Part shown: one piece after another, positions 43,104 to 56,450 of the stretch | Position numbering within the stretch: position 1 is the first letter of the stretch | How the letters are laid out: each line of letters begins with the position of its first letter | Origin: Auanema rhodensis | Taxonomy: Eukaryota > Animalia > Nematoda | Reading direction: 5' to 3' | Assembly (NCBI GenBank): GCA_964057225.1 | Contig: OZ059897.1 | Coordinates: 15,252,001 to 15,316,000, forward strand | Length of the DNA: 64,000 nucleotides | Made by a program: the position numbers and the translations under genes | Notes under the pieces: generated by a model | Seen by the model: the letters and a program-made list of their open reading frames with translations, nothing else | Told to the model about the DNA's origin: nothing | Database searches by the model: none

Positions 43104-46100
43104 ATGGAGCAGCGGAAACGTAAATCTGCGCTTGAAAACTATGTTGATAGTTTGATGGACCCCCCAGAAAAACTGAAAAAAATGGCAGATTTTTATAACA
43201 GTTTGAAACATTTCTACCGGCGTAAATGGTATACAATTTCGCATAACATTCAAAGTGTTATTTTTGTTTCACAGGAATGCTAATTTGAAGCTACCTTGTG
43301 TCCAAGGAGTTGAAGTAAATCTATTTCGAATGTTTGATGTTGTGATGAGCTTAGGTGGATGGCAAAAGGTAGTTTTGAAATTTTTTTATATAGCATATAT
43401 AGCAATACTTTTTTCATTAGGTCTCACAGCAAGAGAAGTGGCCAGACGTAGCTGAAATGTTGGGCGTTGGGGAAGATGTTGTAGGCGGAGATCATGCCAT
43501 TAAGCTTATGTACATGAGGTAATTAAAAAAAATGTATATATATATTGCTCAATTGAATTATCTCAGGTATTTATCCAAGTATGAGCAAAATGAAACAATT
43601 GGTGACATTGATGAGATGATGATGGATGGTGAAATGTCTCGTAGCCGTGGTCGTCAAGCTTCTTCTTTTGCTACCAACGAGTGTCCAATAAGTACAGCTC
43701 GTCATCATGGTTCGGTTAAGCACAATGATTTTTTGCAAATAGAAATTTTAGATTTTATACGACGTGATGACCGTGGTAATCCTTCAACAGAACCTGATTA
43801 TGCAAGGGTCATGAGATCACTTCTTAGTGGTCTTCCCAATGAAGTTGATTTTGGTGTTAATGTATGTACTCTTCTATCTCACCCGGGCCCTAGGTTGTTA
43901 CGACTGAGTCATGCTCCGCATATTCCGGTGTTACTCGCCGCACATTGTGGAATTTTCGATGAAGGTTTTTTATATTCATATATAATTGAAAGTTTGGTGT
44001 TTACAGAAGATGCAGACTTATTTGATCTTTACAAGTCATGGAAAGATTATACCCAAAGAGATTTTATTGCATTCTGGGCCAACAGTGGTGTTCCTGACGA
44101 TTTCCTAAAATTGTTTGTTCCGGACGCCTTAAAAGTTGATTTGGTAATTTGAAGCATACTTTTTGTAATATTTGATGAATATGCTTTACAGGATCCGGAT
44201 AGTGAATTGCTTCACGGGTTATCTATTGAGTATGATGTTCGAAATCCCATTTCTTGGAGATTGAACCAGGTATTAAATAATACTTATCTACATTGCCTGT
44301 ATTTAAACTTTAAGATTGCTACCATAATACGTAATTTCTCTTTCGAACCAATTAATCGAGTTACTCTTACCAAATGCTGGCCATTGATGAAATTTTTGCT
44401 CTTATGTGCATCATGTAAATATGTCCCATTGTACACTGCTGCTATGGATACTCTGTCGAATCTTGCTTGCGACGTGAGTTATAATTGCTTTATGACATAA
44501 TATTATATTTTGATCTAGATTAATTTAACTTGGTATCGTATGACTCACTCATCGGACTATGCACTTCTTCGTTTAGTTCAAAAGGGGTTTAAGAGTAACG
44601 ATAAATTTATGGTATTTCTATAGTTGGGTAATAATTTACTTTACTTATTTTCAGCTTATTCGTTCTATGGAAATCATAACAGGCTTGTGTATGAATGATT
44701 TAAACGAGTCAATTCTTTGTGATTTCATAACTGCGGATATGTTTGATCGTATTTTTGAAATTGTTTGCGTTAAGGATATTATGATGTGTGTATATGCCCT
44801 TGAATGTCTGTATCAGGTAAAACGAATTAATTTTTCTTTCAAGTGTCATTCTACTTTAGATGTCTGAAATGGGATCAGTGCCTTGCGATTTGATTGCAAA
44901 ACGTCCTCGATTCGTGCAACAGTTAGTTTCTATGGCTACATTGGAAGCCGTGTCATTTGGTCCGTCTGGCTTAGCCGGAATGAAAGTTGTTGAGTATCAA
45001 CCTCCACCAGGAGTATGTTGAAAGTAGATATTTGTTATTAGTCAAGTTTGTTTCAGCACGGCCCACCAGGTTATGCCCCGCAACATCCTGGAGGACATCA
45101 TATTTTAATGAATCATCAGGGACACTCTAATCATCCTGGCCATTACAGCCATCCAGGACATGGTTCTCATCATGGTCATCCAGGCATGGCAATGGCTTCA
45201 GGAACACCTGGTCACCCCGGACACCCTGGCCACCCCGGACACCCTGGCCACCCAAGCCATCCCAGTCATCCCAGCCATCATCCTGGACAACACATGCCTG
45301 GTTCATATCCTATGACTCCACAAAGAGTTATACATACAAGTGGAACTCCCCGAACGGGACTTCCTCAGATAGTGCATATAGCCGGTACTCCTTCTCGCTC
45401 TGTCAACACAGAGAATAAGGTGCTTGCTAATAAAATATCCCAAAATTTATATATCTTTTGCAGTCTCAAATAGATTTACTCACTGAACAATGGATAAGAA
45501 GTAATTGTGTAGCGGACCCTCACAGTTCCACTCCTCGTGGTGAACTGTACGCTGCATATGTAGATGATTTAAGAACACAGTATCATTCATTAAGTGGAAG
45601 CCTAGCTATGTTCACTAATATAATGAAGTATGTTATCATTTTAAATAAATTCTAAATCTAAAAATAATTCAGGGCTATGCATCCCGAAGTTCAAATTAAA
45701 ATGGCTGAGAATACTCTAACCATGGTTGCTCAAGGTATTCGCCTTGTAAAGCCTCACAGTAAGTGATTTTTGTGATTTCGTAATATATTGTTTTTTTTAG
45801 AATTGGTCTCAAGTTCAGTGGTGGGTTCTGCCACTCATTCTGCTGCAAACTCTCATCCACTAATGAAGCAAATTTTGACGAAAGGACCTTCACAACCATT
45901 AAATGGAATGAATGGACGGTATAGAATGATAAACAACTTCGTATTTATTTTTCGAAAATTTAAGAAGTAGCACGGAATCGTCTCGCAGTAGCACACCTGT
46001 TGATGAAGCCAAGAAAGACGAAGAATCTCCTGTTAAAGGAAAACGTGGTTCTCACAATGCATCTAATGGAAAAATAATTTCTGAGAAGTCGGAGGATAAA

Positions 46101-46919
46101 CGTGAAGATAAGGTAGTTGTACTTTTACCATGTTATTAAAGCGTAGTTTACTTACCTATTTCAGGAAATTGTACACCACGAATACATGTGTGAATGGGAC
46201 GGTTGTGGTTCCGGATTCTCATCTTCGCAAGGAGTGCTTACACATTGTTTGAAAGCTCACATGATTGACCAACTTCAACCGTGCAAGTGGCCAGGGTGCG
46301 ACGGAACTCCAAGAAGTAGATGGTCTTTAGTGACACATCTTCTTGATCATCATACTCAGGATGCTCAATTACGGGCTGCTGCACAAAAACGAAAGTATGC
46401 TTATTCATAATCAAAGTTTATTCAATTTTTTCTTCAGAGATGGTTCGGCGCCTGCCAGGCCGACTCCTTATCAGAAAGATTTGCCTAGGGATATTCCAGC
46501 CCATCCTGGTTATGCTAAGCATGCAGCTATTGAAGCTATACGACGTCACGCATTTAACTACTTACCTAGGGATATCACAGTAAATTAGTTTTTTAATTAC
46601 GTACTTATCAATAATAATTTAAGGATGAGCCTGAGGGACCTGTAACTAAGAGTATTCGTCTCACCAGCTGTTTAATTCTCAGAAATCTAGCCCGGTATTC
46701 TTCTGAAGGCAGACAGTAAGCTTACCCTTCCTTTCTCGTTCTCATTTTTTTTTCAGTTTGCTCAGACGTCATGAACGCCATATTTGCTGGTTAGCGTTAT
46801 CTAGATTAGAATCTAGTCATGCGTTGGCACAGTTGCTGGCTGAACTTAATCCTGCAGCAGACGATGTTCCAGAAGAGCAGACAGCTTCTTATATCGCTTT
46901 TCGTTCTATTACTGCCTAA
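43104..46919 (+). CDS. swsn-7: ARID2/BAF200 ortholog (ARID, ARM, RFX-like winged helix, C2H2 fingers)
   Basis: ARID ([20 protein letters not shown]); [12 protein letters not shown]; CEWDGC..H..H and [18 protein letters not shown]; [19 protein letters not shown]. Confidence 0.93.
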
Positions 46920-47565
46920 TAATCCACATCCCGTAACTTCACTTTTACTTTTACACGTGTATATTTCATTTAACTCTCAGATTTACAATGTTCACAGGCT
47001 CAGTTTTTTTTAATTCCACAGGTTTATTTTCATTTCGAAAAAATTGTTTTCTGGTTCTTAGAAAACGAGTACGTTGAAGCGTTTTACGGGTTTCGTTTTC
47101 GAGTCTCCAGCTGATCTTCTTCTGCCTGTTTTTATTTTCCATATTTGTATACCTCGAGTTATTTATTTTTTGCCCCTCTCCAAAATCATTTCTTTATAAT
47201 ACGCTTTGCTGTGAGTGGTTGGTCTCACTTGTCTCATTATGTAATCTCATCATGCTTTTTTACCTTTGCGATAGGTACACAGGTACTGAGTCGTTATTTA
47301 TGGAAACCTGTATGCAAGGGTCTATATGTTATTTAGTCGAATATCTGGTTAACTTTGAGTGCGTTACCCTAAATAGGCATCTCTCATTAACATTAAAATA
47401 TCTGAAGCACTTTGTGTTCTCATCAATTCTTATTTCTATAACTGATAAATGCGTTGTCACATTTGTATATTTTAAAATATATTTAAAAGGTGCTTGAAAC
47501 ACATTGATACCTGAATGATTTTCTGTATATGTACACTATATACGAATATCCTATTGTAGTTAACA

Positions 47566-49362
47566 ATGGCCAAGCCAGAATATATTGATCTTATTGAAAA
47601 CAATAAAAAAAATTCTGTCACTTACTACTATCATCCGGATGTGGGTAATTTTCACTATGGTAAGGTGCTCCAGTTTTCTTCGGATAATTTTTTTTACAGG
47701 ACCTCGACATCCTATGAAACCTCAGCGACTGGCTGCTTGTAATAATCTAGTAATTCATTATGGGCTTCATGAAAAAATGGAAATGCGACTATCCCCAAAA
47801 GCTAACACCGCTGATATGATGTAAGACAAAATAATATAATGTATGTAACATAAGTGTTATATGATTTAGTCGCTTTCACTCACCTGATTATATAGCATTT
47901 TTGGAAAGAATCAATCCACGATGTGCTAAACAAAATGAATCCTATTTCCCACAATTTAATATTGGAGAAGATTGGTACGATTTATAACATTTTTGAAATA
48001 GCTGTCGTTGTTACAGTCCTGTTTTTGATGGAATCTTTGAATTTTGTTCCCTTTATACAGGAGGTTCAATAGAGGGAGCTATAAGGCTAGTTTAAATATT
48101 TATAATATATTAAAATTTTAGTTCTGTTCAGATTAAATCATAAAGTTTCCGATATAGTTATTAATTGGAGTGGAGGGCTTCATCATGCGAAAAAGGTAAT
48201 TGCAATTTTGTTTCTTTTAAATATTTCTTACTATTTAGGCTGAAGCTAGTGGATTTTGTTATGTTAACGATATTGTATTGGCAATACTAGAATTGTTAAA
48301 GTATCATAAAAGGTTTGAATATTATATAATATATTATTTATTTCATATTATGTTTAATAGAGTTTTGTATATTGATATTGATATCCATCATGGCGATGGT
48401 GTACAAGAAGCTTTTGAACTTACCGATAGAGTAAATAGTCTTATTGTTTTTTAAATATATTTTTCATTTTAAGGTAATGACAGTATCCTTTCATAAATAT
48501 GGATCTATGTTCTTTCCTGGAACTGGAAACATGTTTGATATTGGTCATGACCAAGGGCGATTTTTCTCAGTTAATGTGCCATTAGGTGGTGGTATTGAAG
48601 ATCCGGGTAACAGATTGTTTCTTCAATTTAAAAAAATTAATTTTTTTATTAGATTATTTATTTTTGTTCAAACCTGTGATAGAAGAAGTTATTAGGAGTT
48701 ATCAACCTGAAGCTATTGTTCTACAATGTGGTTCAGATTCTCTCGGGTGCGATAGATTAGGAAATTTCAACTTATCGTATGTTTAAATATTGACATATAG
48801 TTAAAATTGTTAACATGAAGGTTCGATGGGCATGCTGAGTGTGTAAGATTTGTGCGTGATCTTGGTTTACCCATGTTGGTATTAGGAGGAGGAGGATACA
48901 CTCTCCGTAATGTAGCGAGATGCTGGGCAAATGAGACCGGAGTTTTAGTTGGAGCTCGGCTAGATAATAACATACCCGAGAACTCAGGTGTCGACATATT
49001 TTTTGTATTTATTTTGTTTTTGTTATGCAGAGTATTTGCCATTTTTCGGACCAGATTTTACTCTTAGACCTGAATTGGCAAAACGATTAGAAAATCAAAA
49101 TACGAAAGAGGTAATCCTTCTTCTTAGATCGTTGAACTAACTAGTTACTTTTTTTTCAGTTTTTGGAAGCCATAAAATATGATATCTTGCAAAATTTACG
49201 AAAAGTTAGGACAGCGCCTTCGGTTCAAATGCAACCCATTCCTGATGACTTCTTCGATAAAGATGAAGCATTAGCCGCTCAAGAGGTATTCATTTTTTGG
49301 TGTATTCACTTGAAAATGTTTTGTAGATTGATGAAGATGAAAGACCTGCTGATAGTGACTAA
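47566..49362 (+). CDS. hda-2: Class I histone deacetylase, HDAC3 type
   Basis: [20 protein letters not shown]; [19 protein letters not shown]; [14 protein letters not shown]; [14 protein letters not shown]; [13 protein letters not shown]; GGGGYT; APSVQ. Confidence 0.93.
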
Positions 49363-50284
49363 TCATTAATCCTATAATTTAAATTAAATGTGATCACTTA
49401 ATATTGATTACAACGTGCTCAATTTGTGCTTATCATGGTTCTCAATTTTTGTTTTTATTTTCACTCTCCAATAGTTCGGGTAGAACAGTATCATTAATTA
49501 CCGTTGAATATTTTCATAATTCATGGAAATTACACATTGCAATATATCAATGCTTTTGGTTGTTTATTGTTCAACTTAATTGAAACCTTATCTCAATTGT
49601 CAACATCAATTTCTTCGCTACTGGGTTCTTTCCGATGTCTAGTCATTAGTTATTATTAGTAAACGCTTGACTTTCTTGGGTAGGTTCGATTTAATAATTT
49701 GTATTTGATGTTCCAGCCATGTTTGTGCTAGATAGAGATCGTTATCATAGATTTCATTTAGCTCTATTGTTTATTATTCAACTTTTTCGATTATTCTGAT
49801 CTCGTTGTAATATTCACTGACAATCATATGTGTAACTGTTGATTTTTATCTTACCTGTAGTTGATATGGTTGTACTTAATTTAGTTTATATTTTTTGAAA
49901 AAGAATGTGTTCTAGGGCATTTTTTAATTGTGCTCCTATAAAGATTTTCTGACTATCATTTTTTTAAATTTAAAAATTACTTAATTACTAATAGTTACTT
50001 CGAGAAAACTTCTTATTTTTTTTGAGAATTTAAAAATAACATTCTTTTTGTTGATGTTGTTCCCTGTCGGAAAAGTTAAAACTAATATTTATTATTAAAT
50101 AGAATACAAAACCATATGGCACTTGAGATCACATTTTGGCTGGCATAACATTGTAAAATGAAATCAACAAGTTTTAGAAACATGAAACATATTTACAATT
50201 GGATTGACATGAAAAATTTGGAATTTTGTTTTGAATCAATATAGGGAATTAAAGAATTTTGTGAGCAACCGGTATTCATATTAA

Positions 50285-51015
50285 TTATCGAGTGAATTGA
50301 AAACAGTTATTGTGTGGCCTCGGCCGTCCTATAGCTTTTGCTAAAGCTGTTAATGTAAGAAGCTTGAGTTGAAATGATACATCTGGAGCGATTCTAACAC
50401 GGCCAGCATCTATTCGAGCAATTTCTCTGCCATTTGATTCCAATACACATTTCCAGTTCTCACTGATAAAGACAACTTTACGTGTTAAGATAGAAGAAAA
50501 ACATGATCTTACCCTTGTTGTTCAGTTCGAGTACACCGAGCTATGGTGGCTCTCATGTTATTTTGTATTAGGAATGGATCACCTAGAAAAATATTCATTG
50601 ACCGTTATATATTCATTTGTTAGAAAGATGAGAGCGTCAAATAATAACAGATATGAATGCATATTATAGTAATATCGACTATAAACGCCCGTATATATAT
50701 ATATATATCTATATATTCTTTATAAAAAAAACTATTTTATACTTTAAATTTATAAAAATAGTTTATACTTTAAAGAAAAAGAAATAATAGGTTATGATTT
50801 TTTGCTTGAACTTGTTTTTCGTTTCTTCATGTCAGAAGTTTCGTATCATTTAATGTGAGGAGACGACCAACTCGTAAACCAAATATACCCTCTCAAAGGC
50901 AAATTTTGAATTAACAGTTTAGCTCATATTTCAAGGAAATGCCTTTACTTTATTTCAATTTGAACGATAGCACGAAAAGTGAAAAGTTTGAAATAGCATC
51001 AGTATAATCTCCCTA

Positions 51016-51080
<65 letters not shown>

Positions 51081-54000
51081 TTCATTCTTTTTGACTTTCT
51101 TTCAAGAAAGCAATCAAAAGAAAAACGCCGAATTGGTTGACAATAATGGAAAAGAGCTCATTTGATTCCATTGAAAAGCTATTTCATGTAATTACTTGCT
51201 CTCTATTGCATTTATTTTTAACACAAAACTTGACATTCTTGCAAGAATTGCTTAAGCGACTGAAATTATACTGCCTCAAATCATTAGACTTCTTATATCG
51301 GCTATATTAACATGAAATAAACAAAAATATTTGTAAATTATATAAACGCATTCAGTATTCTTCTATATATCCCTATGTTGAATATATACAAATTACTTGC
51401 CTGGTAAGAAAAATCCTATAACATCCCCATTCCAATCAGAGACTGATAAAGCATTTGATATTCGTCTTTTATATCCAAAAATAGATGAAATGAACGGAGG
51501 AAAAATAGAACATATATTAAATGGTGGTCGATTCTCAGATAACATTAGTACTCGACGTCCTGTAATTATGTCAAGTTGAAAGTAAGTTCAAGTCTTCAGC
51601 GAAAGAAATATTTTCACATATCTTATATCCTCATTAGTTTGTATCATCTTTTATCCATATATACATATATACTTACCGTATGACTCAACAATCCATACTG
51701 GAGAAGCACAGCAGACATGCTCAGCCCATACATCTAGTAAAGGAAAATCAGCGGAATCCGTTATCTGAAATCATAATATATTTCTATGTCCCTCGACAAT
51801 ATTCTGACAATATGCCAAATGATTTTAATTTATTTCAATAAAATTTTGTAGTCGGCTCTCTTTTAGTCAAATTTACGAATCGAGATAAATTTAAAAAGAA
51901 GTCTGAACTAGTGAACGTTCCGATAATGTTAAGTTTAGCAAGAAGACGAAACATTAAAAATGATGCTGTCAAGTTGGAACGAACAATTTACAGCATATTC
52001 CAGTTAGAGATATTGACTTTTAGCAGCTTTTGGATCACATCACTTATATGTAATTTTAGTTTAGACTTTCAGACGAATGTCCCTTGAGAAAGTGAAGAAT
52101 GAAAGAAGAAAGTGAGAGAACCATATATTAGCCTAACGAGAAGCTTATTGCTAAAATGGCTGAGAGACTTATAAAAACTGTCATATGATAAGTTTAAATA
52201 AAGAATTTGAAATTTACAATGTATACACAACATATGCTTCATTTCTTTCATTGTTCCCCGTAATTCTTTTTTGAAAAAAAGGGTGAAAGGTAATATTTTG
52301 CTCTTGTTGGTCAAACCTTGACAATAACTGATGTGACAACTGCTGTCATACATAGGTTAGTTTGCCGGACAACAGGAAGACGGATGAGTGAGTAGGCATA
52401 TGTTTAAGAAAGCTTCAAAAATCGGACAAATAATATCCAGCAGAACACAAAAAAAAGAAAGAAAAGCTTCCTTTCAATCAAAACTATAAGCGAAGATTAG
52501 ATTAAATGTGCTGGTAAACATTCATTTGGAAGATTTGGTGGGATGGAAGAATAAATTTTTACTTAAGATATAAGTCTTTTATAAAACTTTCTTATACCAA
52601 AGTGAGTAAAAACTAAGTTTTCATCTTCTTGAATTCATAAAAGAGAAAATTTGTATGTTGAAGCCTATTTTTAGAAGCAATTTGACTGACTAGTTCAATA
52701 TAGATGATCATTACAAAGGAAATTACATGTGGCCGATTTGATATATTTAAAACTCAAAAAGCATTTAGATTCAATAATTTGCTTATGTATTTTATTATTT
52801 TTGTCAAAGAGAATGGTTTTCAATTTCAATTAGGCAAGAATACCTTTGAGTTTAAAGTTTTGCAACCAATGATGTTGCTTCATTTTCCCTTCTCTACTTT
52901 TGAAGAGTTGGAACATTTTTTCAAGGAAACAAAAGCATACCCCTGAGAGTAAAAAGAAATGCTTCAAAGCTTGAAATAGAAAGAACGTGGGATAGAATGA
53001 GAAAAAGGGTTAGATAACTGAAATGATGATGATGAGGATGATGAGCATTTGTCAATGCATTTAGAAACTTGTCGTCATATAGAAGGCATGATGATATGGG
53101 ATATCAGATGAACATAAAGAATAAAGAGTAGACATTTAAAAAAAGTTATTTTGTTCTTTTAACTACGAAAATATTTTCTAATATAAGGACAACATATGAA
53201 GTTTCTATTTGAATTTTATAAAATAAAATATTCTCTAAACATTCATATACAAATTTCTAAATTTGTTTTCTTTTCTGATCAAAATTAATAATTTTATACT
53301 ATAAAGAGAAAACTTTGAAAGAATAAAATGAAAAGAATAGAATACATAAGTGCAAGTGGACACTTGAGGGATAAAAGCAAAATCATTGAATAAAAAAAGA
53401 AAATTCGTAAATTCATATATACCAAATAATCGATTTAGCCGAAAAAAAAGTTTTTTTGCCCCTCTTCTTAACAAATTTCCAAAAGTAGCAGCATTAAGAA
53501 CATTTTTTCGAATCATTTCTTCATATAATTAGGTAGTGTTCGAATGTTCTATCTGCATTATCTTTAATGAGTTCATGTAATGATGACCAACTCAAGGATT
53601 AGCCTCTAAAACTAAATTACATGGTGGAAGCTAAGAAACAATAAATCGGTTTTTGTTCCGTTTGGCAATAAACTATTCAGAAATAGCATTGTTTTACGAG
53701 AGAAAAAGCTTTTAGATAGGATTGACGAATTTCGTAAGCTAATTTCCAAGCAAAAGCTTTGATTTTAAACAAATATCTTTGCCATCATCATTTTACAGCA
53801 TCACAATATCTTTATATAGTTAATTTCATTTAAAAATTAATTTTTATATTTAAATGAAATATTAGTTATGAATATTATCTAATTTGTTTATATATATTAA
53901 ATTCATAATATGACATAGATATTATTTGAATAAGTTAAAAAGCAAATGAAGCCAGTTACATCATTGAATCTGCTCACCCTCTCTTTCCAATTTTAAAACT

Positions 54001-55596
54001 TGTCTCAGAAACAGCTTTTACCCTTGACATGTTTACTGAGCAATATCGCAGCAAATCTTGCGGTTGTTGCTCCACTAATCGGTGCGATCTTTTCAAGCAT
54101 ATTCTAATATGTCGTCATGGGTCAAGCTTCTGATTTTGTTGCAACTGAATCATTATTTGGGTCGTTGCCAAATATAGGCAAAGATGCAGAAATATCTTGG
54201 AAATGTACAGTGGTCAATGTTTCTCTTAATATCCTCGTCATCTGACGAGATTACATACTTTCATGACAATGTTTGAATATTAACAGATTTCCCTTTTAGA
54301 ATGACTTTCTGACACTTTCTTTCGGGTAAAAGATCAAGCAGGAAAAACTTAAATATCGGGCATTGAAGTTCAGTTTTAGTGCTCTTACAATTGTTCAAAT
54401 AGACCACAAAATGACGACAAAACATTTCAAAGAAAAGGTGGAAAAAAAGTTGAAACTTAAGTGGAAACATGATAATAATTGGAAGAAAAGATGAAATGAA
54501 TAGAACATTGTGAACAAAAAATGATGAAAATGCTGTATATAGTTGTTTGAAAATAATAAAATTCATACCTGCATTTCATATCCAGTATGTTGAATTTTGA
54601 AATTCCCAGAATTTGATAGAAAGAATAAAACTTGGCTTTTCGATGGGATTAGATAACTAGCGCTGTTTTTAGAAAATGACTGAGCAATTTCATCATCTAT
54701 ATCTGTTTCTTCTCCACCACCACCACCGTTTTCTTCATGTAAACCATGAAACTGAATAGATAAAAGTTATTGAAATGATAAAAATGTTCTTGAATACTAA
54801 CCATTAAAACCTTTTCTCCATCGCCTGATTGAGCATTAGCTGATATGAATTCATTTGGGGGAGGGGGATAAGTCTCAGTACAATCCGAATATCTGAAAGA
54901 GATAGAATAATAACGAAAAAGTTGTTAAAGTTGAGCAAAAAAGTTATAAAAGTTGGACAACAACTTAAATTTTAAACATTTTTTTATCGATGCCCTGCAT
55001 GGTTTCAGTTTTTTTCGCCCCCGGCTTAGATAATTGAGAGAAAAGAGAAGATGTGTCTCCTACAATCGATGCCCCGGAAAAACTTTCCGGGTTTTCAACC
55101 AATTGTGAACAAATTGATCTAGAAGACCATGCAAGAGGTCAAAGTTGAAAAACTTAATTCAAAAAACGGAGTGCTGATCAAGAAAAGGCAAAAGAGAGAA
55201 TAGACTGTGAAATAATTTGTATTGAAAACAAGTGAAATACCTCGGATTGTACTGGTGAAAACCATTGGATTCCAAAACATTCCCATTTGTTGTAGACGTT
55301 TTACCATTCGACTTTGTTGGCACAGGTAAATGCTCGCAAAATTCAGAAGATGTTGACGGTTCCATTAGTGGCCGCCTATGTTATTTAGGATTATTCTGTA
55401 CTAAACATGTACAAAACAATTTAAAACCTTGTAGAATTTGAAAAAAAATATTGTCAAAGAAAGAATTTTGCAAAAGGGTTTGACAAATTTACCTCAATAT
55501 CACATCGTTTGCCTGTTCATTCTGACGTAACCTATTCACGGATAAAGGCTCTCCTTTGAATGAGCGCATACTAACGGCTACTCCACCGTTTTCCAT
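50285..55596 (-). CDS. Putative phospholipid-scramblase/Tubby-C-like protein with a disordered N-terminus, 8 exons
   Basis: Continuous spliced ORF: MENGG..|..YPPPP..|..GYEMQ|ITDSADFPLLDVWAEHVCC..|..SVSDWNGDVIGFFLPG|DPFLIQNN..IAR..|..GREIARI..PDVSFQLKLLTLTAL..*; fold assignment is pattern-based only. Confidence 0.7.
51016..51080. repeat. (TC)n microsatellite, intronic
   Basis: Direct reading. Confidence 0.95.
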
Positions 55597-56340
55597 TCAA
55601 AGAATCTCAAAAAATATGAATGTAATAGGTTTTTAAAGCAAAAAATGAAGCTAAAAGGAGGGAGAAGAGAGAAAAAATAGAAGAAAAGATATTTGTTTTC
55701 TATGGGATCAAATGCAGATATGAGAATAGCATAGACAAAATTGAATAGAAGTAACGATGTTTAGAAGTTAGAAAACGTACTATTGCTATCTACCTCTTTC
55801 CATTTTTCATCTCTCTTGTTCTCTCTCTGTTTTCTTTTTTTTTCATTCACTCAGCTCTTAAATTAGTAAGCAATAGTAGTTTTGGAATAGATTATAATAG
55901 TAAAAATAATAAAGCAAGCATGAAAAGATGAACATGAACAAGAAGAAGAGATGGGCAGAGCGAGAAATTTGAAAAATAAAGGAAAGAAAGAATAAATGAA
56001 TCATATTAAATGAGAAAAATAAAGAGGGACATTCTATGAAATGGACAAGATGACATCAGTAGTGAAAAGCAATAGGGGGTAAAACTTGAGTTTAACAAGC
56101 TTGACTGACAAGGTGAGATAGGTCTATGAATGCAGTGATAAGCGCATGATGGGTGAACGAGAGTCATCTGGATTTGAAATCTGTTGCCATGGCATGAAAA
56201 AAAACGTGTAAAGGACTGGTCAAAAAACTCTGAAAAGTGGTCATGCTGTCCGATACGACAGAAGAACTCATTAATTATTCACTTACTTCTGTTCATTCAC
56301 AGCTTCTTCTTGAGAAAGTGGAAGAAAAACTGAGAAATGA

Positions 56341-56383
56341 AAGAGAGAGAGATAGAGATAGAGAGAGAGATAGAGGTAGAGAG

Positions 56384-56424
<41 letters not shown>

Positions 56425-56450
56425 GAGAGAGAGAGACTGAGAGAGAGAGA
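56341..56450. repeat. Imperfect (GA)n microsatellite
   Basis: Direct reading. Confidence 0.95.
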
